Part shown: piece by piece, positions 24,001 through 39,000 of the stretch
Layout: each line of letters starts with the position of its first letter
Numbering within the stretch: the first letter of the stretch is position 1
Source of the DNA: Eledone cirrhosa
Taxonomy: Eukaryota
NCBI GenBank assembly: GCA_964016885.1
Contig: OZ024746.1
Span: 91,140,001-91,204,000, forward strand
Length of the DNA: 64,000 nucleotides
Direction: 5' to 3'
Made by a program: the position numbers and the translations under genes
Notes under the pieces: model-generated
Told to the model about the DNA's origin: nothing
Seen by the model: the letters and a program-made list of their open reading frames with translations, nothing else
The model's database searches: none

Positions 24001-27000
24001 TCAGACAAAGTTTTTACCATTTAAAATCTGGTGATTATCCTACTTATATAGTTTAACTCTTTAACCTTGACATTTCTCTATATTTACTATTTTATTTTCA
24101 CAGTAAAGGCTTTATCTCACATAATGTTGAATCCTCAAGATTTTGAGAACAATACCTTAACGTAAGTATGAGAAGTTGGATACAGTCGGTTTAAATCTAC
24201 ACAGAAGCTGTGTGTAATAATATTTTGGTGCCTTGAAGGGAATGTTCATCACATCTATTTTCTATGTTGCATGGGTTAGACAAGTTGTGACATTATTGAG
24301 GTGAGATAGGTCAGGTGACCATCATGGGTTAGACAAGTTGTGACATTATTGAGGTGAGATAGGTCAGGTGACCATCATGGGTTAGACAAGTTGTGACATT
24401 ATTGAGGTGAGATAGGTCAGGTGACCATCATGGGTTAGACAAGTTGTGACATTATTGAGGTGAGATAGGTCAGGTGACCATCATGGGGTAGACAAGTTGT
24501 GACATTATTGAGGTGAGATAGGTCAGGTGACCATCATGGGGTAGACAAGTTGTGACATTATTGAGGTGAGATAGGTCAGGTGACCATCATGGGGTAGACA
24601 AGTTGTGACATTATTGAGGTGAGATAGGTCAGGTGACAATCATGGGGTAGACAAGTTGTGACATTATTGAGGTGAGATAGGTCAGGTGACCATCATGGGT
24701 TAGACAGGTTGTCACATTATTGAGGTGAGATAGGTCAGGTGACCATCATGGGGTAGACAGGTTGTCACATTATTGAGGTGAGATAGGTCAGGTGACCATC
24801 ATGGGGTAGACAGGTTGTCACATTATTGAGGTGAGATAGGTCAGGTGACCATCATGGGTTAGACAGGTTGTGACATTATTGAGGTGAGATAGGTCAGGTG
24901 ACCATCATGGGTTAGACAGGTTGTGACATTATGAAGTGAGATAGGTCAGGTGACCAATTCTTACTCAAACAATCCATTCTTGGCTTGGTTTTCTATGGAT
25001 GGATGCCCTTCCTAATGCCAACCACATTACAGCGTGGACTAGGAGCTTTTTTTCATGGCACCACCACCTTAGGGTGGTCTGAGTGCTTTTTGTTGTGGCA
25101 TCAGTATGGCGACTTTACAGAGTGGACTGGGTGCTTTTGTCATGGCACCAGTTCAAACACCTTACAGAGTGGATGTGTTACTTTTGTTTGTGGCACCAAC
25201 ACTGACAATCTACAGAATGGGCTGGGCCCTTTGCCAGATTGGGAAGGTGGTGATGGAATATGATAATGTGTGTGAGGAGACGAGAAATAAAATATAGCTT
25301 TAAATAGATTGAGTGATGCTGTGCCATCCCTAACAATATTAGAAAGATATTGATGGGAGGGGTGGGTTCATGCTTCTTACAAAGGGAGGAGAGACAAGGG
25401 TGCTGTGGGATTTTAGGATACAGACGGACAAGAAACTGAAACACAATAGACCTGACCTGGTGGTTGTGGACAAAGAAAAAAGATCGTGCCTGATTGTGGA
25501 TGTGGCCTGCCCATTCGACACGAGAGTGCAAGAGAAGGAGAGGGAGAAAATTAACCGATACCAGGACTTAAAGTGGGAGGTTAAAAGGATTTGGAACTGC
25601 CATGAAGTCAAAGTGATCCCGATTGTCATAGGCGCACTAGGGACTATCTCAAAAAGTTTCCAGGGATGGTTAAAGAAAATTGGCCCCTTCACGCTTTTTG
25701 GAACGCTTCAAAAGGTATGCTTGCTGGGAACAGCAAGAACCCTCCAATACGTCCTGAATATCTGAGTCTGCAGGTAGTGGCTTGATATTCATTTCAACAA
25801 ACTTTCCAGTTAACTAACATCAATGACTGAGACTCAAAGAGTAATAATAATATCTTACCTTTTCCAAATAACTAAAATAAATATAAATCCCATAATGACA
25901 GATAATATTACACCAGAAATAACATATGTACGTAAATGGTTGGATTCTGAAAATAACAAAATAAAGAAAATTATCAGCACTTTTTGTCATTTATACAAAT
26001 TATTTTGTTTCTTTTCAAACTATTGCTTAACTAAAAAATACTCCAAATTTTAAAGAACAACTAACAGAAATTAAGAGCTTCTACATCAGTCGCATAATCT
26101 CTAGTATATATCAACATCATTGTCGTTTTAACATCCACTTTCCCTGCTAGCAAGGGTTGGACAGGTTTATATAGACAAAGTCAATACTAAAGTAGAACCA
26201 CTGATGTCTCAAGCAAACCAGGGGTCTGTGTATCACTTATGGACGGTTTCACATTCCTTCAAGTACTTGACACAACCGAGGGTCCTCCCAACCCTTTGTT
26301 TGGCAAAATATCTAGAGCTGGATGCCCTTCCTGTCACCAATCAATTTACAGTGTGGACTGGGTGTGTTTATTCTGTAAATCACCAACACTGGGGAGGTTG
26401 TCCTGCCCTTGACACAACTGGAGAGTTCTCCCAACCCTTAGTAATCACATAATTTGCTAACGTAGGAGAAAAATTATTACAATATTACAAATTCAGTGTG
26501 GAATCTTGGACAAGTGTCATTTACAATAACCCCATGTCAACCCATGTTTGTGGGTGAAATTTGGTAGACGCAAACTACTAGGATGCCCGTTATACATTAA
26601 TGTGATGTAATCAAACTAAACAAAAAACCCCACTTCCACCACTCAGAGTTCATTACATAGTTTGGTGAATACCTCTCCTAATCCTGCATCTTTCTTCTTC
26701 TCTTCTTTTTCTTCTTCACCGGCTTATTCCTGGGAGGGGGGGGGGACTCCTCAAACACTCCTTCCAGCAGGTCCTGTCAGAAGCAACTCTCTCCAACAGA
26801 TCCAGCTATATCCCCAAGTGAGACCAGCCAAGCTCATGGATGTTATCCAACCATCTTGCTTGGAGTCTACCCCTGGGTCTCTTGGTGGTAGGTTTTTGCC
26901 CTTAAAATCTGTTTCCTGAGACATTCTAACCACATGCCCATAGTATCAGAGCTGTGATCTCTCAATTCAGAGAAGTATCAGCTCTGTACTCTATCAAGTA

Positions 27001-30000
27001 ATGTTACTCTAAAGAGCAGAAGGAGTAGCAGCTCTACCTGGAGTGACTCTCTGATCTCTGAGCTATGCACTCTATCAAGTAATGTTACTCTAAAGAGCAG
27101 AAGGAGTAGCAGCTCTACCTGGAGTGACTCTCTGATCTCTGAGCTATGCACTCTATCAAGTAATGTTACTCTAAAGAGCAGAAGGAGTAGCAGCTCTACC
27201 TGGAGTGACTCTCTGATCTCTGAGCTATGCACTCTATCAAGTAATGTTACTCTAAAGAGCAGAAGGAGTAGCAGCTCTACCTGGAGTGACTCTCTGATCT
27301 CTGAGCTATGCACTCTATCAAGTAATGTTACTCTAAAGAGCAGAAGGAGTAGCAGCTCTACCTGGAGTGACTCTCTGATCTCTGAGCTATGCACTCTATC
27401 AAATAATGTTACTCTAAAGAGCAGAAGGAGTAGCAGCTCTACCTGGAGTGACTCTCCAAGCTACGCATTTTATCGAGTAACTCCAGAGACCCTTCGGAGG
27501 AACCCCATTTCAGCTGTTTGTATTATCGATCATATTCTCCCAGTCATTACCCAATATTCGTGACCATAGATAAGAGCTGGAAGGAATACCAAATTATTTG
27601 GCTTCTTTTTTCTTTTTCTAAAGTTTTGATATTTTATAAACCTCACTTACCGCTAGCTGTATCACCGGTCGATCGACAGAGTCCATTTTTAATTTTCCCT
27701 TTTGAACATCTAACAGTTAAGAAATGAAAATGAAAATTTTGAAAGTTAGAAATAACAAATGGCAAAACATACAAACATTTCTTCAAAACTCTTTAGTTAC
27801 CAACCCAGCCAAAACTCTGGTGCTATGTGTGTCCTGGCTTTAACTCTTTAGTTACCAACCCAGCCAAAACTGGTTCTATGAAATAAAACCACCCATTTTA
27901 AAGGTTTCCAATTTAAATTAAAATCTTCCAACATAATTTTATATAAGAGCCTTAAGTTACTATCTTAGTAATGAAATAATTTATAATTTTAGTAAATCTC
28001 CACCAAAATTCTTTATTAATTAATTAAAACAGAGTGTATTTCATGAGAAATGCTGTCACGAAAAGATTAAAAGATTTACGGCAAGTTAATTCCCATTTAA
28101 TTTCCATTTTTTAACCAACATCAAAAATTTGGTTTTCTTTTCTACAATGGAAATATTCTGTGATGACACATTATGGGAATAGTTGATCAGTGACTAAACA
28201 AACATATATGTCTTGAAAAAATATTCTAATTTACATATTTAATATCACATTGTTCTTAGTAAAATGATCAAACACCATAAACACCAATACTCTCTAATTA
28301 TATACTGAATAAGCTAAAAATGGCAGTCAAATTTCCTCACATCATACCTTTTGTCTTAACATTTACCATTTACATTACTCTATATATACTATTATATTTT
28401 CATGGTAAAGGCTTTATCTCACATAATTAACTCACATAGTATCAAATCTATGAGATTTTGATATTATTCATTTTGAGAAACAATACTTTAACATCAGTAT
28501 GAGTGGACAGTTATGGCTGGTTTGAACTGAAAGAGGTGAGAGAATTCTGGCTGGTTATGGCTAGTTTGAATGCTAAAGAGCTAAAGAAAAAAACGCTGCG
28601 ATATTGGATAATGTGATCCAAAATAGACTCAAAAACAAAAGAGGAGATGGTCATGGCTGGAATGTTTCAGGTCCATTTAATAAGGGCTGACTTGGAGGTA
28701 AACAACAACAAACTTTATCAGATAATGTTGTTCCTGATATATAAAAATACTGCATGGTTGTGGCTGAAATGACTTTAATCATAGATTTTTTCAAATGGGG
28801 CCGACCACAAATTAACCCTTTAACATTTAAACTGGATGTATCCAGCCAGAATTCTCTCACCTCTTTCTGTTCAAATTGACTGTAACTGGCTGATCATACT
28901 TATGTTAAGGTATTGTTCTCAAAATAAATAACATCTAAATTTCATAGATTCAATATTATATGAAATAATTATGTAAGATTTACCACAAAAATACTATAGT
29001 ATATATAGAGTAGCCTAAATGGTAAAGGGTTAAACAACAGCAAGCAAGAAAAATAGAGAATGATTCAATGATGGAGCTCTATCTTCATTGAAAATAAAAT
29101 TTGTTGGTTTATAGCAGGTATGGGCAACCTTTTTTGAGCATTGGACCACATAGGATGTGGCTCATTATAAGGTGGGCCACATAGGATGTGGCTCATTATA
29201 AGGTGGACCACATAGGATGTGGCTCATCATAAGGTGGGTCACATAGGATGTGGATCAACATAAGGTGGGTCACATAGGATGTGGATCAACATAAGGTGGG
29301 CCACATAGGATGTGGCTCATTATAAGGTGAGCCACATAGGATGTGGCTCATCATAAGGTGGGCCACATAGGATGTGGCTCATTATAAGGTGGACCACATA
29401 GGATGTGGATCATCATACGGTGGGCCACATAGGATGTGGATCATCATACGGTGGGCCACATAGGATGTGGCTCAATATAAGGTGGGCCATATAGGATGTG
29501 GCTCATTATATGCTGGACCACATAGGATGTGGCTCATTATAAGGTGGGCCACATAGGATGTGGATCAACATAAGGTGGGCCACATAGGATGTGGTTCCTC
29601 ATGAGGTGGGACACATAGGATGTGGCTCATTATAAGGTGGGACACATAGGATGTGAATCAACATAAGGTGGGCCACATAGGATGTGGTTCCTCATGAGGT
29701 GGGCCACATAGGATGTGGCTCATCATAAGCAGAGCCACACTACTAAAATTTCAATGCAATTTTGAAATTAGGCATGCCATTCAGAAAACCAAACAGGTTG
29801 TATGTGGCTTGAGGGCCACAGTTTTCCCATGACTGGTGTATTGTGATGAAAAAGCATAAAAATCCCTAAAAATAAATTATTACTAAAAGGCAGCAACAAA
29901 ACCAATAAAAAACACTGATAAAGATGGTTGAGTACAAAATACTTCTCAAACCTCTATTTCCACTACTATAGGTTCATCCATTTTTATTTATGAATAAAGA

Positions 30001-33000
30001 TGGTGAAAATAAAATATAATATATAACTGGTTTTGTTTAAAAGATTCTGATGAAAATAAAATTTCTAATCAGTATAGATCAATTATTAACAGATTTAAAA
30101 TCAGGATAATTTCAAAAAGGCAAAAATCCCTCGAGAAATTAAACTGGCTTTTTGCTTATCTCTTTAAACCAGAGGTTCTCAAGCATTTACCCCCCCCCCC
30201 CCTCACAGCCACATGATACCCTCACCTCCCCCCTCACTGTCACATAATACCCCCCTCCCCCGCCACGTAATACCCTCACCCCCTTACGACCAAGCAATAC
30301 TCTCAGTACCCCCCACCACATTTCCAGAGACCTACCTACATGAAAATTGTAAATAATATATAATAAATAAAATCGTTAATTTATATATAATAAATAATAT
30401 AATATATACTATGTATAAATATATATTATATATTTTTTATTTTACTATATTTATATATAATATGTATCAGGTGATATTTAATATACTATTATATCACCTC
30501 TACCACCTCCACCACCCCCTTGGGCCCCCAGCGACCTCCTGGACCTTCCCAACGCCCCCTGGAGTAGCGGCAGAGCCCACTGTGAGAACCTCTGCTTTAA
30601 ATTATTAACAACAAAATATTTCCTACTCACCGACTGGAATGAGATCCTTGAGCTAAACCAGACTTTTCTCCAGAGAACAACTCATCACTATCATCAGCAC
30701 CAGAAACTAATGGAACTGAAAAGAAGAAAATATTTCAATTAAACCAACTTGGAATGTTGAGTCTTGAAAGAAATCAAAGTTAACCAACATTTCTTATATT
30801 TCTTCATTCCCTAAAATAAATTTAAAAAAAACATACATAAGAAAATATTTATAAATGAAATTTGGAAAATTGTGAAAGTGACATGAGAATAAACTGGAAA
30901 AGAAAATATTTTCATTTCAAAATAGACACATCATTAATTTTTAAAATAGACATATTTCTATTCGTTAAAGAAAACTAATCAATAGAGAAAGAAAGTTATA
31001 AAAATGTTACAAATTCATGCAAAGAATAATTAGCTACATATTTGAAATGTAATTAATTATGTACACAGCAGTAGTTTTTTCTTCGTTAAAACATCAATAA
31101 ACTGAGTTTAATTTAGTTTCTTAGGGAGAACTTTGACAGTAAAATATCTATTACATGACTGCAGACGAAGATAATTATTACCCTAGCCAGTCCAACTGTA
31201 GAAGGTTAATCACTACAGGTAAATTTAATGACACACCAATAACTTTCTAGTCAAAGATAGATTTTTACTGTAATATTAATCATCATCACCATTTTACGTC
31301 CGTTCTTCCACGCTAGCATGGGTTAGACGGGTTGTCCTGTTGTGGGCAGTATTCGGTCGGCTGACCTTGTCTTGCTCATACGGGAACCGATTCTAGCTTG
31401 ATTTCTACAGCTGGATGCCCTTCCTAACACCAACCTCATTTACAGTGAGTGCTGGGTGCTTTATTTCTGTGGCGCCTACATGTCCACTTTACAGTGTGGG
31501 CTGGGTGCTTTTTGCCGTGGCACCTCCACGACCACTTTGCAGTGGAATGATAGGGACCCCGGTCCTATCATCTCATTTCTACAGCTGAGTAAATTGGAGC
31601 AATGTGAAATAAAGTGTCTTGCTCAAGGAAACAACACATCACCCGGTTTCCTTAATGTGTTTCCTTAATGTGTTGTTTCCATTAATATTAGGAAGAAAGT
31701 TTATTATACAAAATGAAACAATTACACAAAACATTAAGACTGGCAGGTTTTCAGTTGTAATTTAATAATATAATTGAACTAAACTGATACTAAGTGTTTT
31801 ATTGATTTCATCACTACCAAAATTACAGAATTGTTGTTAATAACAACTGACCTACAGGGATTTAAAACTTTCACCAATTTCTCTCTTCTTGTCAAGTTTC
31901 TGTCGATAAAGTTTGGCAAATTTATCCACATTTTCTATTTCTTACTGCTCTGCCACCGTGGAATTTAGTCATCTATCAAGTTGTAACAAGGACTTCACAC
32001 TGATAAAACTTTCCTCAAAATGTGTGCAGTATTATTAGGGCAGTGGATTGGCAGAATCAGTAGAGTGTCGAACACCTTGCTTTGCAACATAGAGTTATGG
32101 CCCTTTATGTTCTGAGTTTAAATCCCGCCAAGGTTAGCTTTGACTTTCATTGTTACGAGGGTGATGAAATAAAGTACCAGAAATGCACTGGGGATCGATT
32201 TAATTGACTTTCCCCTCCCCCAAAACTTTTGCTGGCCTTGTGCCTATAGTCGAAATAATTAAGGTGGTGGATTGGCAGAATCGGTAGATCATCGGACACC
32301 ATGCTTCGTGGCAGGGTTATGGCCCTTTCTGTTCTGAGTTCAAATCCTGCAGAGATTAATTTTGCCTTTCATCCTTACAGGGTCGATAAAATAAAGTACC
32401 AGTAACGTACTGGTGTCGATTTAATCAACTCCCCCAAAGTTGTTGGCTTTATGTCTAAATCAGAAACCATTATTAATATTGTCTACTGCCAATATTTATT
32501 TCATTATTAATAATAAAACAAAAACAATATTTAGTTAAAATATATTTTAAAACACCCCTAAAAATGTTTCTCCTCAGTAAAGAACTAACATCCATGAAAG
32601 AATTTTACACATATATATCATATATTGACAATATGACACAGGTACACTTCAGTATTGTTTAATAAAATGGAAGTCCTCTGATCAATATTTTACAAATATA
32701 TATCATCTATCAACAATATGACACAGGTACACTTCAGTATTGTTTAATAAAATGGAAGTCCTCTGATCAGTATTTTACACATATGTATCATCTATCAACA
32801 ATATGACACAGGTACACTTCAGTATTGTTTAATAAAATGGAAGTCCTCTGATCAGTATTTTACACATATATATCATCTATCAACAATATGACACAGGTAC
32901 ACTTCAGTATTGTTTAATAAAATGGAAGTCCTTTGATCAGTATTTTACACATATGTATCATCTATCAACAATATGACACAGGTACACTTCAGTATTGTTT

Positions 33001-36000
33001 AATAAAATGGAAGTCCTCTGATCAGTATTTTACACATATATATCATCTATCAACAATATGACAGAGGTACACTTCAGTATTGTTTAATAAAATGGAAGTC
33101 CTTTGATCAGTATTTTACACATATGTATCATCTATCAACAATATGACACAGGTACACTTCAGTATTGTTTAATAAAATGGAAGTCCTCTGATCAGTATTT
33201 TACACATATATATCATCTATCAACAATATGACAGAGGTACACTTCAGTATTGTTTAATAAAATGGAAGTCCTTTGATCAGTATTTTACACATATGTATCA
33301 TCTATCAACAATATGACACAGGTACACTTCAGTATTGTTTAATAAAATGGAAGTCCTCTGATCAGTATTTTACACATATATATCATCTATCAACAATATG
33401 ACAGAGGTACACTTCAGTATTGTTTAATAAAATGGAAGTCCTTTGATCAGTATTTTACACATATGTATCATCTATCAACAATATGACACAGGTACACTTC
33501 AGTATTGTTTAATAAAATGGAAGTTCTCTGATCTGTATTTTACAAATATATTTATCTTTTTAAAAAAATTCATATTAGTGGTCCGTGGGATTTAAAATTA
33601 TGAATTTAGTGGTCTATGAAGTCCGAAAGGTTGGCAACCGCTGTTTTAGATAATATATTATTAGAAAACTCTCTTACCAACAAGACAGGGCCTTGAGTCG
33701 GGGTATGTAGGACATGCACATTTATAACCATTAGATCGAGCAAGGCATAAGTGAGTGCATCCGCCATTTCGTATTGCACACTGGTTGGTCCCTAAAAGAA
33801 AGTAACAACAATGTCATATGAAGTATAACAATTTTACTATACATATTGTTTTAACACTTTTGCAAAGAAACCCCACCCTCTAATCACCCATGGAAGAGGC
33901 AGACCCAAGAGACATGAGTTGTGGTTGTAAAGAACGACCTTAGAAAGCTAAACCTTACAACAGAAATGATCGAAGACTGCAGCTCACAACGGGGCCTCAC
34001 CTGGACCTCACCTACCCTCCCCACTTCCACCCTCTAACAGCTATTCTCAACTTCACTACTTCAACCCACACACATTCCTGGCAGTTGCAACCACCCTCTA
34101 ATCACCCGTGAAGTTGTTGGTGATAGGAAGGGATTCCAGCCATGGAGAGCTTGCCAAGAAACAAAGGGTTGGGAGGACTGTTAAGTCGTGTCATGGACAT
34201 GACAACCTCTCTAGTGTTGGTGATAGGAAGGGCAGCCATAGAGAGCTTGCCAGACAAATGGTGAGGAGGACCCTTCGGTCATGCTAAGGGCATGACAATG
34301 TGGTTGGCATTAGAAAGGGCATCCAGCCCTAGAAAACCAACACCAAGATGCATTGTGTGGCCTCATAACATAAACAACATGTGATGAAAGATTATAGAGT
34401 TAAAAACAGAAAGAACTGACCTGTTTGCCGAAGGGGAGACACAACACTGATGGCCATTAGACCTTCCATATTGTTCTGGATAACAATTCTATTGAGTCCC
34501 GTCTTCTTGCTAGCTCTGTGAATAGACTTTGTTCTCCAATCAGTCCAGTAGATATAATTTTCAAACTGAAATAAATAAATAGTAAATAAATAAATAAATA
34601 AATAAATACGATGAAGGTGCATGGCTTAGTGGTTAGAGCATTGGGCTTGCAATTGAAAGGCTGTGAGTTCAATTCTCGGATCGGGTGATGTGTTGTTTCC
34701 TTGAGCAAGACACTTTATTTCACATTGCTCCAGTTTACTCAGCTGTAGAAATGAGATGATAGGGACTGGGGTCCATATCATTCCACTGCAAAGTGGTTGT
34801 GGAGGTGCCACGGCAAAAAAGCACCCAGCACTCACTGTAAATGAGGTTGGTGTTAGGAAGGGCATCTAGCTGTAGAAATCAAGCCAGAATCAGTTCCCGT
34901 ATGAGCAAGGCATGGTCAGCCAACCGGACACTGCCCACAACAGGATAACCCGTCTAACCCATGCTAGCGTGGAAGAACGGACGTAAAAATGGTGATGATG
35001 ATGATGATGATGATACTCCTTCACCCACTTATTCCTTAGAGAGTCGTGGGGGCAGAGTCCTCAAACACTCCTTCCAGCGAGTCCTGTCAGAAGCAACTGT
35101 CTCCAATTGATCTAGCTCATGGATGTTATTCAACCATCTTGCTCGGAGTCTACCTCTGGGTCTCCTGCCATAAAATCTGTCTAGAGAAGTTGTTGTGCTG
35201 TTGACAGTAAACTTAAGTAAAATAAAGTAGCTAATCTTTTGTGAATAGTGAAGTTACAAAGAGCTGCTTATATATATTCATTGGCTCTAGAGTTAAACAG
35301 ATGAGAGTTAAACCTATTTTTGAATAGCATAGATATAATATAGAGAGCATTTTTTCTTGTGAGGGGTTTAACACAGCAGTGTGCGTGTGTGTGAGGGGTT
35401 TAACACAGCAGTGTGTGTGTGTGTGAGGGGTTTAACACAGCAGTGTGTGTGTGTGTGAGGGGTTTAACACAGCACTGTGTGTGTGAAGGGGTTTAACACA
35501 GCAGTGTGTGTGTGTGAGATGTTTAACACAGCAGTGTGTGTGAAGGGTTTAACACAGCAGTGTATATGTGTGAGATGTTTAACACAGCAGTGTGTGTGAA
35601 GGGGTTTAACACAGCAGTGTGTGTGTGAGATGTTTAACACAGCAGTGTGTGTGTGTGATGTTTAACACAGCAGTGTGTGTGTGTGTGAGGGGTTTAACAC
35701 AGCAGTGTGTGTGTGTGTGAGATGTTTAACACAGCAGTGTGTGTGAAGGGTTTAACACAGCAGTGTGTGTGTGAGATGTTTAACACAGCAGTGTGTGTGA
35801 GGGTTTAACACAGCTGTGTGTGTGTATGTGTGACATGTTTAACACAGCAGTGTGTGTGTGAGAGGGGTTTAACACAGCACTGTGTATGTGTGTGAGATGT
35901 TTAACACAGCAGTGTGTGTGATGTTTAACACAGCAGTGTGTGTGATGTTTAACACAGCAGTGTGTGTGATGTTTAACATAGCAGTGTGTGTGTGTGTGAG

Positions 36001-39000
36001 ATGTTTAACACAGCAGTGTGTGTGTGTGAGGGGTTTAACACAGCAGTGTGTGTGTGTGAGAGGTTTAACACAGCACTGTGTGTGTGTGAGAGGTTTAACA
36101 CAGCAGTGTGTATCTGAGGGGTTTAACACAGCAGTGTGTGTGAGGGGTTTAACACAGCAGTGTGTGTGTGTGAGGGGTTTAACACAGCACTGTGTGTGTG
36201 TGAGAGGTTTAACACAGCACTGTGTATCTGAGGGGTTTAACACAGCAGTGTGTGTGTGTGAGGGGTTTAACACAGCAGTGTGTGTGTGTGAGGGGTTTAA
36301 CACAGCACTGTGTGTGTGTGAGAGGTTTAACACAGCACTGTGTATCTGAGGGGTTTAACACAGCAGTGTGTGTGTGTGTGAGAGGTTTAACACAACAATG
36401 TGTGTGTGTGAGAGGTTTAACACAGCAGTGAGTGTGTGATGTTTAACACAGCACTGTGTGTGTGAGAGGTTTAACACCGCACTGTGTGTGTCAGGGGTTT
36501 AACACAACAGTGTGTGTGTGTGAGAGGTTTAACACAGCAGTGTGTACGTGTGTGAGGAGTTTAACACAACAGTGTGTGTGTGTGAGATGTTTAACACAGC
36601 AGTGTGTGTGTGAGAGATGTTTAACACAGCAGTGTGTGTGTGAGAGATGTTTAACACATCACTGTGTTAAACATCTCTTGTATTTGGTATTGCAGTGTCA
36701 TCTTTAAAGCTAGGTAGACTTAGTTATTGAGGTGAATATCTTGGTGACAGACACAACCCCAACGTCCTATACTGCATGGAATTACATTATCAAGACTATG
36801 GCTGCATCACATTAAAAATTAAAGTCTTTACTTTAGTTTCCTCCAAATTTTCACAACAATCTGCCTACTAGTAAAGATATAAATATTTGATGTTACAAAC
36901 TCAATTTTAGATATTTTCTGCTAAATCATTCCAAGAATAAATATATATTTCCTCTGTGTTTCTCCATTTCCCAGTATGACCCGGGCACTGCAAACCAACA
37001 AATCAGCCATCGTTTCTATAGTGCTGCCTACAGTGTGATGAGTTATACCACCCAACACTACCTAATTTCACCCTTTAGTATTTAAACCAGTCGTATCCAG
37101 CCAGAATTCTCTCACCTCTTTCTGTTCAAACTGAGCATAACTGGCCACTTACATCATCGTTAAGGTATTGTTCTCAAAATAATATCATCATCAAAATCTC
37201 ATAGATTCGATATTATGTGAGGTAAAGCCTTTACTGTGAAAATATAATAGTATATATAGAGTAATGTAAATGTTATGTGAGATATTATGTGAGGTAAAGC
37301 CTTTACTGTGAAAATACAATAGTAAATAGCCCCAGAACCACCTGGACCTTCTCAAATCCCCCTGGACCTTCTCAAAGCCCCCTGGACCTTCTCAAAGCCC
37401 CCTGGACCTTCTCAACACCTCCTGGACCTTCTCAACACCCCCTGGTCCTTCTTAATGCCCCCCCCCCCCCGGTCCTTCTTAATGCCTCCCCTGGACCTTC
37501 TCAATGACCCCACTTTGAGAAGCTCTGCACTAAGCCATGTGCCTTCACTAGGTGTACAATGAATGTATAACTTACCACTGACAAACCAAAAGGATGGGGT
37601 ATTTGTTTGATTATTTCCTCTCTGTTTTCACCATTCAAGTCAGACCTCTCTATCTTGTCAAGTTTGGCATCGACCCAGTAGAGGGTTTTAGCAGCATAAT
37701 CTATGGATAATCCATTGGGATAACCTAAAAGAGGAGTGAAACAATAAGACAATAGTTAATGAGAGTGTAAAGTGTAGTTAGGTCAGGTAGAGTGACGGAT
37801 GTGGATGGGGTTGTCAGGATTCAGCTATAGAATCCTTACCAAAATGGAATCTATGTGCAAGACATAGTCATGTGACTTGTCTAGTCTCAGACAGTAATAA
37901 TGGTTTCTTATATAGGCACAAGGCCAGCAATTTTGGAGGAGGGGGAAATCAATTAAATCGATCCCAGTGTATTACTGGTACTTTATTTTATCGACCCCGT
38001 AAGAATGAAAGGCAAAGTTAACCTCGGCAGGATTTGAAATCAGAATGAAAAGGGCCGTAACTCTCTGCCGGAAAGCATATTGTCTGACGCTCTATAGATT
38101 CTGCCATTCCACTGCCCTCAAACAGTAATAATATATCGAACACACAACAGGATGGGAAACAGAGGACAATGGAGGAGGAAAGGGAGGGTGTGCCGGAGGT
38201 GTGTGTGAGGACTCTGCCCACATCACCCTTCCAGGAATAAGTGGGAGGAGGAGGAGAAGAGACCCCCCCTCTTGCACCTATGTGTGTGAGACACATGAAG
38301 AATGAAATCTTGTTACATACCAAGGTTCGCTGTGACAATAGCTTTGCGGCTGGTCCCATCTAAAAAGGCACGTTCTATTTTGGGAATTTTCCCCCAGTCC
38401 GTCCAGAACATCAATCTGAAATTTTAGAATAAAATTCAAATTATTTTCAGAACCAGAAATAAAACAAGAAATAAAAGTTATTATTTTAGAAAAATATTTG
38501 TGTAGAGAAATAACTGCCATTATATTTCCTTTCAATTTTATAATTGCCAGCAGCATTTGAAATGTTGCATTTAATAAATAGATAAAATTCCCAACGTTTC
38601 AAATAATTTAGCATAAAATGTCACATGGGTGTTCCACCATCAGCAGATAAGAAATAATTGTCTTTTGATACAATGGAAACTTTATTCCTTCCTCAAGGCT
38701 GTTCATTACCTGATATGTTTGTAAAATGAAACTATTTTTCCCATACGAAATGTTGAGAGAGAAATACAGTGAGAGATAGAGAGAGAGAGACTGTGTGTGA
38801 AAGACAGATAGATATCACCATAGTAACTAACTAAACAGCAGGTGATGCTTTCCCGGCACTGTTTGTGAACTGAGACATGTTATGTTTGGAAAAATTGTTT
38901 GTGAACCAATTTGTTCCTGATGAGGGGTTCCACTGTACAGTAGAGATCATTCCAGCAAATATGAACTAAAAGGAAAATTTCTACACACAACAATATGAGT

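Noticed and set aside
34615-34700. tRNA-like sequences (also at 9190, 22424, 53224 and 60967)
   Set aside because: SINE heads with A and B boxes running into a shared core and tail; no complete cloverleaf.
35358-36665. CRISPR-like constant repeat with variable spacers
   Set aside because: Spacers are just (GT)n length variants, there are no cas genes, and the DNA is eukaryotic.
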